Assembly: GCF_001194135.2 (NCBI RefSeq)
Contig: NC_068982.1
Location: forward strand, 112,359,017-112,423,016
Length of the DNA: 64,000 nucleotides
Direction: 5' to 3'
Origin: Octopus bimaculoides
Lineage: Eukaryota
Shown here: piece by piece, positions 37,550 through 52,090 of the stretch
Layout of the letters: every line of letters starts with the position of its first letter
How positions within the stretch are numbered: position 1 is the stretch's first letter
The notes under the pieces: generated by a model
Database searches by the model: none
Told to the model about the DNA's origin: nothing
The model's input: the letters and a program-made list of their open reading frames with translations, nothing else
Program-made: the position numbers and the translations under genes

Positions 37550-40500
37550 GTATCACACACTTGCCCATGATAACGTTGACGTACAATCCATAGTAGCATA
37601 TACTTTGCTATTCTTGAGACACACTGACAAACATTGCAAACCTTACACACAATGATATTGCAAATAATGAAAATAAGTATGTATTCAGAAGTATTATTCA
37701 ATAGTACTGAGTACCTTTCCGTCAAATTTTTTGTGAGTATTATATTTTGTTCTTTGGTGTTTTACTTTGCGATTTCGGTTTATACGTATTTTACGCTATA
37801 ATGTATTATTTTGCTAGTTTATTCACACAGTTGTGTTTTCTTTAGATTTAATTATTTTCTCATATTGTTCCTGTCTTCTAAGCTTATATATTATCTCCCC
37901 GCCACTCGTATATACTTGTTCGTGAACGTATGTGTCTTTGTGCAGGTGTATGTGTATACATGCATATATACACACACATACACACACGCATATATTTGTG
38001 TGTAAATTCATAATTATATGTGAGAGGGAGGGAGAGAATGAAAGAAAGAGTAAACATTCCATAGACATATATACCCTTAACCTAGTTCTTAGGATCAGTG
38101 TAACAAGGCTGCATTTTTTAATTATGAAAAGCCCCCGACAGGTTATATATGGTTAACGACTCCATAATTGTACAGAATGACAATGGAAATTAATCATTGA
38201 CTACCTTGCCTTGATATTGTGTGAATTGAGGCCCCCGTTGATAGGCCCTTCATATTAAATAAGATGTCAACACATGCAAATTAGAGGCTCCAGTTCTCTA
38301 GCTGCTGGAATTATATATATATATATATACCGTATACACACACAGCGCATATATATCTATATATANNNNNNNNNNNNNNNNNNNNNNNNNNNNNNNNNNN
38401 NNNNNNNNNNNNNNNNNNNNNNNNNNNNNNNNNNNNNNNNNNNNNNNNNNNNNNNNNNNNNNNNNNNNNNNNNNNNNNNNNNNNNNNNNNNNNNNNNNNN
38501 NNNNNNNNNNNNNNNNNNNNNNNNNNNNNNNNNNNNNNNNNNNNNNNNNNNNNNNNNNNNNNNNNNNNNNNNNNNNNNNNNNNNNNNNNNNNNNNNNNNN
38601 NNNNNNNNNNNNNNNNNNNNNNNTGGGAGGTAGAATGCTGGTGATCTTGACGTATGTAGTGTGAAAATGGGGAAGGGAGAAAGGGAGAAAGGGAGAAAGG
38701 GAGAAAGTAGTTGGTCAGTTGTAGTGTGTGCGTGGTGTGATGCGAGGGTATATATATATATATATACCGTATACACACACAGCGCATATATATCTATATA
38801 TATATTTGGTGAGAACGATATAGGTATGTGGTGTGTGTGTGTGCCTGTGTGTGTGTGTGTGTGTGTGTGAGTGCGTGTGCGTGTGTGCGTGTGTGTGTGT
38901 AGGCATTTGTGCCAGAAGTCAAATGTTTTATAACGTTGGTTTATCAGAATATACGGCAAAAGAAGCTATATTTTGGTAACATGTATAATTGTTTTTTTCA
39001 TAAGGAGACGATACGTTAGCAAAATATTTAAAAATTGTATAAGAATCACACTTGTCTTTTTATCAAGAAATTAAAGAAGTTGCTGCATTGTAAATATAAG
39101 TTGTGACGCAATTAATAAATGTCAAGCAGTTTTAGATGAAACTGAAGATCGTAGTGATGCTGAACATTTAGAGATAAAGTGGTTGCAGATCAAATAGCAA
39201 TGACGAGTAGTTATAATGAGACCGTAAATCATATAGGATTGTTCGTGTGTTGAAGTCTGCCCAGGTCATTTTCATGCTAATTTGTTTCTAAGTTTTCTTT
39301 TTCTGTTGTAGTTGTATAATGTGTGAAGGACATTTCGACACATTAACTTACTTGCATCACTAGTCTAGAATTAATCAATTATTGCTAAATAGACAAAGTA
39401 AACTCCGCCTTCCCCTATTCATACTTTGTACAGTAGCTGGCATTTTACGCCACTAATTCATTGCTAAATATTTTAAATGTTTCACCTGGATATTGCATCA
39501 ACTGTGGTTAGCGAATGAATATTTAATGTCTGCGAAGAACGTTTTCTATACTAAAGCCACAATGTCAGAGTTGGTCATATACGTAGCCCAGAACTCCAGT
39601 AACATTGCATATGAATTGCAGCTTTTTCAACACACTAGCATTATGGATTAAACTCATGTTGAGATAATAGATAGCCTCATAAATAGACGTGGTTTGTTCT
39701 ATGCGACACGTTTATGCCATTTGACCTCATCAATGACGTACAAAAGGCCTCGAGAAATTAAATATAGATAAGCTATTCACTGTTATAAGGAGGGCGAAGG
39801 GAATCACAGAGAATAATATGCATATGATGTAATTTAGATTTCATTATCGAGTAAAGATTTTTTTATACCAAATATATTTTCCTGTTCAGCGAGGTTCCTG
39901 TTAATTTATTTATCTCTCTTTGTGTAGTGATTTACTCTCTGATTTATTTTCTGCCAGCAAATTTGTTTAAATTCATTCGTATAGCAAATAGATGTATAAA
40001 GAATATTTCTCGATAAGCGAACGTTTTTCTGATTTAAAAAAATAAATGTTCTCTTACTAGTTATCAATTACATATAAAAGTATTTAGGCATTCAATAATA
40101 TATTACTCTGAGTGCATGTGTGTATGTACATGAATATACGTATGTATTTGTATGTTGGTATATACTTATATATATACCTACACATACATTTCCATGCATA
40201 CATACATAAATATATGTATTAGCGAACACAATGAAACAGTTATCATTATTGGGGCAGAGTATAAATAATTTAATTGATTCGGTTAACAGAAGCATAACTA
40301 GATAAAATCCTGAGTTATATAATGCACGGGATTATTAGTCTACAGTTGTGTTACAAATGGGCATCAACATAGCTTTGCTACCGACTGACCAAATTAAATT
40401 TTCCATACTCTAATACTGGTATTGTGCGCTCTTTATTCTTTACCACCGGCATACCTACATGCATACATACATAAATACATATTTACATCAATCCTGATGA

Positions 40501-40552
40501 TAGATTATTTATAAAATTTTGTAAATGAATTCGATACCTTATCATATTGAAG

Positions 40553-40555
<3 letters not shown>

Positions 40556-40607
<52 letters not shown>

Positions 40608-40653
40608 TGTGGATATATATGCACACGTACATCGAAAGAGAGAGGAAGTAAGG

Positions 40654-40684
<31 letters not shown>

Positions 40685-40730
40685 AGAGAGAGAGAGGGAG
40701 AGAGGGAGAAAGAGAGAGAGGGAGAGAGAG
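40556..40730. repeat. (GT)n followed by (GA)n
   Basis: Directly visible. Confidence 0.95.
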
Positions 40731-41809
40731 AATATGATAAAAGAGTGAGAGTTAATGATAAATAAATGCATACATAAATATGTGCAGAGGATATCTATTT
40801 AAATCTGCATAATTAAATGCAAATTTTTACAATCCACTATAAAACGACTGATGCACATATTTGCATGCATAAATTAAACACTGCGTTTATAAAACATGCT
40901 AGATGAGTGTGTATGTGTGTGTATGTGCGATTGCGCGCGCATGCGTTTCTTTTCTTTGTTTAGTTTTAGTGTGTAAAAATAATGATATTTAAAAGAACGA
41001 AGAACTGTAATTCTCATTTACACAGTTATCATATATCGTCGATTTATTCCTAAAATAGTTGTGTTGTGACTTGACATAATGAGAGCCCTCAGCTTTCTGT
41101 CAATAGCCACACATTTTATTCTCGAAAGTGACGACGAAACGTATATCGTGTTATTTTCAAAATTAATCAATCAAATAGGAGTATATTAATGAAAAGTGAA
41201 ACGCAACTGAACTACATATATTAAATTACTGAATGTAATGTTGGGAGATGAGTAACGTATCATACATATATATGATATGGCTTGAAATTAACGATTCTGC
41301 CTTTTCTCTTAGAACATGGGCTGTTGGATACATTTATTTCCCCCTCCCTCTCCATCCTACTCTCTCTATTTTTTTCTTTTTGCTTGTCAGAAGACAATAT
41401 ACATATGTATTGAAAATTAAATAAAATACATTTACAACATCAGCTCGCAATTTATAAATTGATTTTGGAAGCTTACACCTAAATCTTATAAACAAACATA
41501 AATATAATTGCGAGTCATTGTTAAAACATTTCATGTTACTCAGTGTACCTTGTGTACAGTTTTATTCATTGTATGGCACAATATACAAGTGTACATCTAA
41601 TACGTGTTAGCACTGTTGTATTATATATAGTTCTTAATGCTCCACTATCATTATTTGGGTCAGGCTTTGCATGGTTTTTAGACTTCATCATTGACCTCCT
41701 CCAATTCCTCTCCCCTTCTTCATAATCGTCGCCATCTGCATCCTCCATGTGTTGCATGTATGTATGTAGTGATTTCCACACACACAGACACGCGCGCGCG
41801 CACACACAT

Positions 41810-41844
<35 letters not shown>

Positions 41845-42334
41845 CGGCAAATAAGAAAATGGAGAGGATACAAAACGGCATACATCAGCTTGTAGACATT
41901 CCAGTGTGTCTATTTATTGGAAAGCATTAGAAAGTATTAGAAGGAAGCATACACATTTAGTAACTGTGTTACACACATATGTATTAATATTACTGAAAAG
42001 AGCAAAAGATCAGTTCCCTACGGCCGCATAAATGAAGAGTAGACCACTTTTTACACCTGCCCATATATGACAATCAATTGCGAGATTGCCACGCAATAAT
42101 CAGCATTTGGGTATGAATAATTGGGTACACTACCAGCAATATATTGGATAGGTACTATCCCTTAGTTGGTTGGTTTCCCAACCTCTAACTCTCATAGAAA
42201 TATATATATAATGATGTTTCAGCGTTACCAAATAGTTCGCTTGACTAACGTCAAATGCATATAACGTTTTGGTATGTGAAAATAATCCAGTTTGTGAAAA
42301 TACCTACATATCTACCTATGTATACACCTAGCTG

Positions 42335-42397
42335 TCTACATACATACATACATACATACATACATACATACATACATACATACATACATACATACAT
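42335..42397. repeat. (TACA)n tetranucleotide array
   Basis: Directly visible. Confidence 0.95.
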
Positions 42398-45300
42398 TAT
42401 CTAATGTGAAAATTACTGTTTTTCAAAGTAGACATTTTCTTTTTCCAGGCAAATTTTACCTTATGACATTTATAAATAGCTCTGCTTATGTTATTCCTTG
42501 TAGAATGTTACTGCGGCAAAGAATTCGTTATGAAAACCTAAATCGTTCTTCCGGTGAAATTCAAAGTCAGCAAAGTTTACGTCCCTCTATTTTACAAGCT
42601 GTAAATGTCCATTCTTCTTGAGACGCTTTTCGAATATTTCGTGTATACGCATAAACATCACTACTAAAATCTAATTTCAATATATGTCTCAAGATGTAGT
42701 TCTCTTAGTGCCAGCGTATATTTCCTTTGTTTACTTTATATTAACCCTTTGTAGCAGCTCTGTAAAGATTTATATGACTAAATCTATTTCCGAAATTTCT
42801 GTTGAGCGTGTTTGCTACAAGGTTTAGATGAAGTGTCTTCTGTTAATGTTTAACTTTGACGTAGGATTCTGATTCATGCGGTGGACATTGTATTTCTGAA
42901 AAAATCTTTACAGATGAACAATAAATTGTCCGTTTGTCATGGCACTCACAGAGTACTCTGTTTCACTTTCCAGCGGACGAGGCCAATTTTAGTTTAATTG
43001 TCGAAAGTAATATGTATTCAGCAAAGTTGATTCTTTCTATAATTACGATTTGATTAGGCAAGGCTTCTTTAAATTTTCTCAGTTTTCTTCTATCTTCATT
43101 ATGTTTTATCAAGTTCCAACCTAACATTAATTTGCGAATAAAGATTTAAAATTTAAAGCAATCAGATAATTTTAAATGTCACAATAAATTACGTATATTC
43201 GGTGTATCTAGAATCATCGTATCTTAAAGATTGTTTGTGAAATTTTAACAAAGTGGTTCATGTAGTCGTAAAGGTATTCATTCTGGTGTATGTGATGAAT
43301 TATTACTGAATTCCAAAAGAAACCCTTATCATGTAACGTATCTTACTGGTCTAGAATATGCTTTCACTGATTACAATTAAAATATCCTAAGGCTGATATT
43401 CTAACATTAAATATAAGAATTCTTATTTCACTAATTCATATAAAAGAACATTGTCAATAATAATAGACCTTTACATCGTTCACCGACACTCACACAATCA
43501 TGACTATGATTATACTGAGAAGGAGGTTGGGGCTTGAACAGAAGAAAATTAAGAGTCCTTGACTACATTCAAATAGAAGAAGACTGTTACAAAGTTTGAA
43601 ATGTTAGCACCGTCGCTCAACGCAAACCGGGTAGAATGGAAAGCTATATATTTTGAAGAAATGGGTTTATAATATTTCCCAGAATCATCTGTAGCCGAAT
43701 GCTAGTGAAGCTGGACTGGTATTTTGGATACTACTTCCAGCAGAAACCAAAATCGAAATAAAATGTTATATCAAAAATATCTAAGTCGTGACACTCAACT
43801 TCACGCCGAGTAAGAAGTAATTCTTTAGTATCTAAATAATAGTTTGGCATTGTAGTATTGAGATGTATCCTATCAGCCGCGGGAATATGATTCCCATACA
43901 TGTTTTCTAAGGGCTAGGTATTGTCTAGCGTTAGATATATTTCACTATACTCTATAATTGAAGGTGAAGAATCACGGTATACAAAAAATTACATACCAAC
44001 TGATATGTAGGAAAACAAGATTAAGACAGAAATACCGCGTACAATAGCCACCCCCGCTCTCGCTTTCTCTATCTCTCACACAATCACACATATGCACGCA
44101 TATGTATATATATATGTATGTATGTATGTGTGTGTGAGGGGGGGGGTTAACTATGATATCAAGTTTAGCCTCTCAAAGCTTATTTCAAACAGTTTCTGAA
44201 AGGCTCGAGTAAATACCAGTAATCATGTGGGATCGATTCAATCGACTATCGCCTCCTGTATAAATGTTTGGCTATGTAATAAAGGTAAAAATCTATATTT
44301 CTGATGTCCGGAGTAGACTTTGTGTCAAAGTGAAGAATCAATATTGACTTCCTTAGCATACATAAAACAGGCACGAATTATTTTCTATACAGATTCCTTC
44401 TGATTGTTCTTTATATTCAGTTCATATCCAGATTGATTGGTTTAGTCTTAATGAACTCTCTTCATAACATTTGGTCACACTTTCATTTCGTGAAGCGATT
44501 TGCAGAAAATAATTTTTTCAATATAATTTTCAATCAAATATTATTAATCATATCGGCATTTGGCAATAAATAGATGATAACGAATAAAAAATCGTCTAAA
44601 TATAGAACAAACAACAAATATAGAACTATGTAATTATATACACGGCTTTCCAACCCATTAATTATTTACTAGAACCCAAATATGTAAATATTAATTTAAG
44701 CAATAGTTCCTTAAATTTATGACATAGACTCATTTTCATGTGGCTTAAATGTTTATACGATAATCAATGTGTTCTAATGACTATATTCAAAGAGATCTCA
44801 CCAAATATCTTTGTCAATATTTTCAAAGCAGATGTGTTACTTAGTTTTCGTTCACGTTTAACTTGTCTGACCTTTTCTCGGTACAGCCTTTTGACATTTT
44901 CTCAAGCATGCACCATTTATATAATTTACAAGTAGAATTTATAGGAACAATTTACTAAAATATGTATGGATTATCACTGGTAATATTTGGAAACAAAAAA
45001 TCACGCGGGGTGATTATATGTTTATTAGCAAGGAATAATCATTGAGCTTAAATAAACATCAGCATATTTTCAGGTATGTAAAGAACAGAACGAAAGGTAT
45101 TGCACTCAAAGTATGTCATGCTTTGTTCTACAGTTTTAATTCCTTCTATAACTGCCACCAAGTATACCTAACGTGTGTTTGAATTACATTTACCAGCGTG
45201 TATAATGATGATAACATTTGAAATATACAACTGTTTATTATACTGATTCTATATTTAGTTACAATACCAGTTGTTGCAAGTTGTCATCAAATCACCAGTA

Positions 45301-48300
45301 TGTAATACGTAGTTATTTTATTGGAACTAGAGCAATGGTATATAACGTTACTCTTGGAGGGATTTTATCTCGCTAATTATAGATCGCCAAATTGTAGGTC
45401 ACAAACTTTTAATATCGCAGTGCATTTTATTCAGCGCCTATATATTTAGTTACCTATAGATCCGAGCATTGCATTTTAGGTATGTTAAAAAATAAATAAA
45501 AGTTCTATTTCGACTGAATTTCCATGCACAACACGGAAATATACTTACTGAGATTATTGACTATGTTATTGGAAAAGATTTACAAAAGTACTCCCCAATA
45601 AAATATGTCAATATATTAATATTCTGAAAGAGAGTTTTACTGTCTGTGAAAGCTATAAAGCTAGAACTAATATTTATAGAAATAGGGAATTATACAAATC
45701 AGAAATCATCATATCGAGACATAACAAAATAGTTAATATTACTTCCAAGAGATAACAAAAGTAAGTGAAAACACTAATCAACAAAAGAAAGATAAAATTG
45801 TAAATTATGTTCTGTTCCCAAATTAACTTAAATTTCTTTATGATTTAGATCAATACTTTTTCTATATTTTCATTAATTATTGCTTGTGATTTTAAAAGAA
45901 GCATAAGGTATGTTTTCTTTACGAAATAATCCTTCTTTTGTCTTTTTAGACATTAAAATGGTATTGGTAATTATCTCTAGTTATAGATCCAAAGAATATA
46001 AACATTCTCTATCATATTTCAAAAATGACAAATATATTGCACTGTATGATATTTGAAGGGTACATTTATGTCATGGCAACATTTTTTATTGCAAAAAACC
46101 CCACTCCTCTGAAATTCAGGGATATAAGTCGAATAAGGAATAGACATATCTTTACCAATGTGGAGCTGAAACTATATTGGAGATCCAAAAGAATGTGGGC
46201 AAAAATGAAACGAAATTACAGTAAACATCAAATAAATTCCTAACAGAGGTTAACTAACAAGGTTATTCTCCCAGTAATCTAGGGTAATAGTTGACTACAT
46301 ACAGAGACCTTTCTTTGTTATCAAGCAATTATCCTTTTAATTATATTACACCCCTTGAACAATATCCGTATACATATCTCAAAAACTACTATACCGATGA
46401 AACTTTTCACTCCATGACAAGCTTTCCCTCCTTCACATATTGTAAACATCTGCCAAAAAATATTTAGACAATTGCCAACTGTAAAGCACTGTTACAAAAA
46501 TGGCCATCTTATCTGATGCCATCACCATTGTTTCATTTGATAAATCCTCTTCAACACATTTCCCCATTATTCTTTATCAAAACTCTTTCTATAATTTACT
46601 ATAATAGATAAACTAACATAAATATTAACTCCATTACACTGAGCTACATTTATGTTCCTAATCATCTGAGGGATTTACTGGTTTTGGTTCTCTGCCATGT
46701 GGGTGGCGGTGAGAGTAGCTTGAAACTTAATATTTTTATGTAAATCTTGTTATAATAGAAAAGTTGTAAAATCCTTACAAGAAACACATATTTGGGCACA
46801 TGAAAATAAGCACAAACTTTGCAAAGCTTAGTCACCATCCAATCTCAAAACCACATACTATGTTGGATGTTTATGTGTCTCTTATTTCTGTGCCATAATT
46901 AGCATCAACAGTCGTCAAGAGGCACATAGAAATCCAGTCATCAACCGTCTACTGCATAGCTAAAGTGTTAGTCATCAGCGAGCAGAACACTGATTCGCCT
47001 ATATTAATTAACGTTTAAAATTAATCAGTTAAATGGTAGTAAATGACTGAGTCAGAACAGTAATAAACAAAATACTTAATGAAATTCAAGCACATCTCTG
47101 TATATCAAAAACATTAGAAGTAGAAATTGTTTTTCATCTACGTCAATAGAATATGTATCAATCAAACATTTAGATGTATTAAATGGATTCATACTTTAAC
47201 TTGTTAGAAGCTATCTACAATGTCTACTTAAGTGTATTTTTTGATATTAAGGAGATTGTCAATTAAAAATATAATTTATCGAAACTACAGTATTGTTATT
47301 TATCGAAACTACAAACTCACGAGTGATAAAAATGACATATTGTGATTTTTCGAAATTAAATGATTACTATTTATGGAAGACAAATATTTAATATTTATTA
47401 TTCTTAATATTCGTATGCTGTTCCCTTGTCACCTCAGTGAAACAGTAGCAAGTTCTAGTAAATTACAATATTCTGAGAAACCGACCTGTAAATAATTATC
47501 GATGTACCGTCGAAGTGAGCGATGTTGCCATGTTGGTGCCAAGAAACATAGTAGCATTTTCAATTAATGCGATTTTCGCAGCAAACTTCTTATTTTACCA
47601 TGTAAAATTACTTATACAGCCTTGAGCTCTGTCTCTTTAATAATAAGGTACACTGGATAGAAACTGAACAGAATTTCTTTTTCTTTTGATTTGTAAAACC
47701 ATATGTAAACAGATAAGCAAACATCTATGCTTTATCTGTCATTGTTTGTTAGCTGACTGATGCGTCATTCTCATTTTCTTTATTAGCCGTAGACCAAAGA
47801 TATTATTGCTCTTACAAACAATTTGTTTTATTACACGGAATAAAATGTACAGCTAACTTGTTGAAGGCTGTTCAGTCTTAACGGCATCATCAATGTTGCT
47901 GCTACGTAATGTTAGAAGTAAACGTCATACTGATGTTTTATTTATAAAATTACGATAGCAGAAATGTTTCTGAGAATACTCTGAAACACTAAAATATTTC
48001 CCTATGATGTTTTAAGAACTACACTGCTAACGTTTTATTACCTTTCTACAGAGATGAGGTGTGATTGGAATTCTCATAATTTGAAATCGAATTTACAACT
48101 CAGTTGCTATTTCTTTTCACGTACATTAAGTACGACCGCTGAGATGAGTATGAAACTCATTTAATAGAGTTTCTTTGTCTAATTTTATTTCTGTACTAAA
48201 TCTGCAGCAGTTGGTCTCGTCAAATTAGAATATTAGAAATAACAATCCTTAAGAAAATGACTAAAAGGGGCGACTTTTCGTTGTTTCAAAGCTGGGGTAG

Positions 48301-49259
48301 TATATCGTTAGTATAAAATCCCTTTAGGCAATTGAAAAATTTGTTCTTGCGGTAAGTCCTTAAGTTACGGTTTCATAGAAAGGTGCTATCTAAATAGGCA
48401 GCCATTATACTTCATTCAATTTACGAATAGATACACGTAAATAAACGGAACAAGTAAAGCAGGAAACGATTGCAAGTAAATCGAAAGTGACTTTGATGAA
48501 GAATTCTCTGAGTTTGGAAGCAAATGAAATAAAACAAAGCATTAAAATCAAATTAAAACAATAACGAAATGGTAGAAACTATCGTAAATAGAATGCTTCT
48601 GCTATCGCTATTTACTGTTAGTGGCGAATTCTACTGCAAAGCTGTTGAGATTGTAAAAAGTACTTGGGTAAATATGCATAGCTATTTCATTAGAGCATAT
48701 AGAAAAAGTAGCACAATTTTAATATAGAGAGAAAAGAGAAAATTGCAAACTGCTGCGCAGGTCAGTAATTTTCAGGAAATCAATCAATAGAATAAAAGTT
48801 TCCTGGATGCTGACGAATGATTTTAATTCAGGTTTAATCTCTATGGAGATGATTCTAAGCTAAAAGGCTAAATAAATAGATTCAATTAAAGTTGGAACAA
48901 GGCTAAGCAAACTATCAGCTGCCTTTATTTCTACATCATAGATATGCATCAGTTAATAGAGTAAAAGAAATGGACAATTATTCTTTAGGCTGCAATTAGG
49001 TCATTATTTAATTCAGCATTTAGACTTTTGGTAAATTTGGATCAATATTACATTTCCTCCTATAATATTTTCTCTTCCAAAATGCACATGAAGTATGCTG
49101 TAATAAAGCTGAATTCTCTATCATATGATGCCCATTAAGAAAATAGGATGAGTGTATTGTTCATGGTTTAGCCAATGATGTGAAATGATTCAAATGAATG
49201 TATATATATGTGTGTGTATGTGTGTGTCTGTGTGTGTGTCTGTGTGTGTGTGTGTGTGC

Positions 49260-49315
<56 letters not shown>

Positions 49316-49666
49316 NNNNNNNNNNNNNNNNNNNNNNNNNNNNNNNNNNNNNNNNNNNNNNNNNNNNNNNNNNNNNNNNNNNNNNNNNNNNNNNNNNNNN
49401 NNNNNNNNNNNNNNNNNNNNNNNNNNNNNNNNNNNNNNNNNNNNNNNNNNNNNNNNNNNNNNNNNNNNNNNNNNNNNNNNNNNNNNNNNNNNNNNNNNNN
49501 NNNNNNNNNNNNNNNNNNNNNNNNNNNNNNNNNNNNNNNNNNNNNNNNNNNNATAACAGTGACATATTCCTGAAGTCAAGCCATTCTCTACAGTTTATAA
49601 AGAAGGGCGGGTTAGAAACATGGATTTTTTTTTTAAATGACCAGCGATTATTGCTGGAACGACATT

Positions 49667-49879
49667 CTTTTCTACTCTAGGCACGAGACCCGAAATTTTG
49701 GGAGAAGGGGCCAGTCGGTTAGATCGATCCCAGTACGCAACTAGTACTTAATTTATCGACCCCTGAAAGGATGAAAGGTAAAGTGAATCCCCGCGGAATT
49801 TGAACTCAGAACATAAAGACAGACGAAATGCCGCTAAGCATTTTGTTTGGCCTGCTAATTTTTCTGCCAGCTCGCCGCC
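49667..49879 (-). mobile_element. SINE family A, full length, 19-bp TSD
   Basis: Flanked by TTATTGCTGGAACGACATT (49648-49666) and TTATTGCTGGAACGATATT (49880-49898), one mismatch. Confidence 0.95.
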
Positions 49880-49979
49880 TTATTGCTGGAACGATATTGA
49901 TAAAAGAAATACACAGTTAGGGCTGACAAATCAATAAATAAAAACAACAAAAATTAAAATAACGACAACTTCAGATACT

Positions 49980-50160
49980 TGCTTCTGGTTTAGGCACAGG
50001 CGCAGCAATTCTGAAGTGAGAGTGTAAGTATAGCCAAGCTCATTTCTTGACTAGTACATTATTTCATCGACCCCGAAAGATGACAAGCAAAGCAGACTGC
50101 GACGGGGTTTATACTCAAAACGTAAAAACCAAAAGTAATAAATAATCTAATAGCGTTTAC
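49980..50160 (-). mobile_element. Degraded SINE family A copy
   Basis: TTTAGGCACAGG, GACTAGTACATTATTTCATCGACCCCGAAAGATGACAAGCAAAG and TACTCAAAACGTAAA occur in family order. Confidence 0.65.
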
Positions 50161-50393
50161 TGAAATGAGACTAAACAATTTATCTCACTCTTTAATATAT
50201 CTCGCACTTTAAATCTAAGTCACTTTACACTAGACAGGAAATGGATGAAATAATAAAAGGTGGCAGAAACATAAGATGTGTAATCATGGAATTAGCATTT
50301 ATATATTTCTTACAAATGTTTTGTTTGGATTAACACATCTCATCTCCTCTTCTCTTTTATCCATCCTCTTTCTTCCTTCCCTTGTCTACTGTA

Positions 50394-50394
<1 letters not shown>

Positions 50395-50454
<60 letters not shown>

Positions 50455-50460
50455 TACTAT
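50395..50460. repeat. (ATT)n microsatellite
   Basis: Directly visible; abuts a SINE head. Confidence 0.97.
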
Positions 50461-50462
50461 TA

Positions 50463-50618
50463 AGGCGAGCTGGCAGAATCGTTAGCACACCGAGAAAAAT
50501 GCTTAGCGGCGATTCGTCTGTCTTTACGTTCCGCTGAGGTCGATTTTGCTTTTCATCCTTTCACATTACGAATTGAACACGGGTTGATTTAATCGACTTA
50601 GCCCCTCCCCTAAAATTA
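50463..50618 (+). mobile_element. SINE family A with internal deletions
   Basis: AAGGCGAGCTGGCAGAATCGTTAGCACACCGAGAAAAATGCTTAGCGG; B-box region deleted; follows an (ATT)n array. Confidence 0.85.
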
Positions 50619-50714
50619 AGTGAGTGAGAGTGTGTGTGTATGTGTGTGGGTATGTGTATGTGTGTGTATGTATGTGTGCGTGCGTGTGTGTGTTTGTGGG
50701 TCTGAGGGTATCTC

Positions 50715-50898
50715 CCAGCCAGTTTTGTTGTGTTTACGTCGCCGTCCAGCAAAAGAGACAGAAAGAATAAGCAACAGTCTATAGAAAACAAAATTAGTTC
50801 TGGCGCTGATTCATTCGACAAAAAATTATTCAAGCCCTGTGCCCCAGCATGGCCGCAGTCTAATCACTGAAAGAAGTAAAAGAACAAAGATAAAAGAA
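50715..50898 (+). mobile_element. 3' part of SINE family C
   Basis: CAGCAAAAGAGACAGAAAGAATAAG...CCCAGCATGGCCGCAGTCTAATCACTGAAAGAAGTAAAAG; the same tail occurs at 35938-35998, at 18120-18265 and (minus strand) at 4847-4908. Confidence 0.7.
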
Positions 50899-51653
50899 CA
50901 CATACGATGTGTTTATGATTATATATATTTAGTGTTACTGTGAATTTAGGACCGTATTGCGATGCATCGGTGATCTAATTATGAACGAAAAATCAAATCA
51001 AGAGAAAGTCTACCAGCAGCTTCATCATGTAATGTCATCCTTTCTGTTCTTTAGACGTTAAGGCTTAGTATGAGGAAGATGTCATTTGCTATTTCTTGCA
51101 GGTAGATAGACCACGTAAAATGTCTCAATATCTTTGCTTATTTCCATGACAACAGACGGTTTCGTTCAGCTGTATATTGGCAATGGAGTTCTTCGATTGG
51201 TTAAAAATACATAACTTTAAACGCTTGTAACTTCTGTATTATTAATTTCTAAAAATGAATGCGATTTTTGTCATCAGCTTAAGAAGAATTGCCTGTGGCA
51301 TATCGGTGGTTTAAACTATAAAATTATTATGAAAAACTACAGCGATGAGAAAAAAAAAACCGAAACAAGAAGAGAAGGGGTAAAAGAGAAGAAAGAGTGG
51401 ATTTAGTGGAAAATTGGTGTTTAATGGCAGAAATTTTATTAAAATAACTTACACGCTGTAATTTATATACATTCCATTTCTTTCTTTCCATTAAAAAAAA
51501 AAATTTCTTTCTTCTTTCTTTTCCCCTCTCCCATTTTTAATTACAATTTTTTTGTTGTGTAAGTCACCAATATGCTATATAAATTTCTAACAAACAACTT
51601 CTGATTAAACTTATGACCTTCAAATCCATTTCACTAAATGAAATATTCCAACA

Positions 51654-51700
<47 letters not shown>

Positions 51701-52044
51701 ACTCATATCCTCTTTCACTCTGACACACTCACAAACACAGAGGAGTACACACACAGAAACGCGCATACAGGCATACACAGACNNNNNNNNNNNNNNNNNN
51801 NNNNNNNNNNNNNNNNNNNNNNNNNNNNNNNNNNNNNNNNNNNNNNNNNNNNNNNNNNNNNNNNNNNNNNNNNNNNNNNNNNNNNNNNNNNNNNNNNNNN
51901 NNNNNNNNNNNNNNNNNNNNNNNNNNNNNNNNNNNNNNNNNNNNNNNNNNNNNNNNNNNNNNNNNNNNNNNNNNNNNNNNNNNNNNNNNNNNNNNNNNNN
52001 NNNNNNNNNNNNNNNNNNNNNNNNNNNNNNNNNNNNTTCCAACA

Positions 52045-52090
<46 letters not shown>

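Noticed and set aside
43515-43610. EGGWGL motif suggesting a LINE RT fragment
   Set aside because: Single short motif; neighbouring RT motifs are absent in all plus frames
48052-48058. 7-nt micro-exon AGATGAG after a good branch point and acceptor
   Set aside because: Too short to distinguish from chance; donor gtgtga is weak
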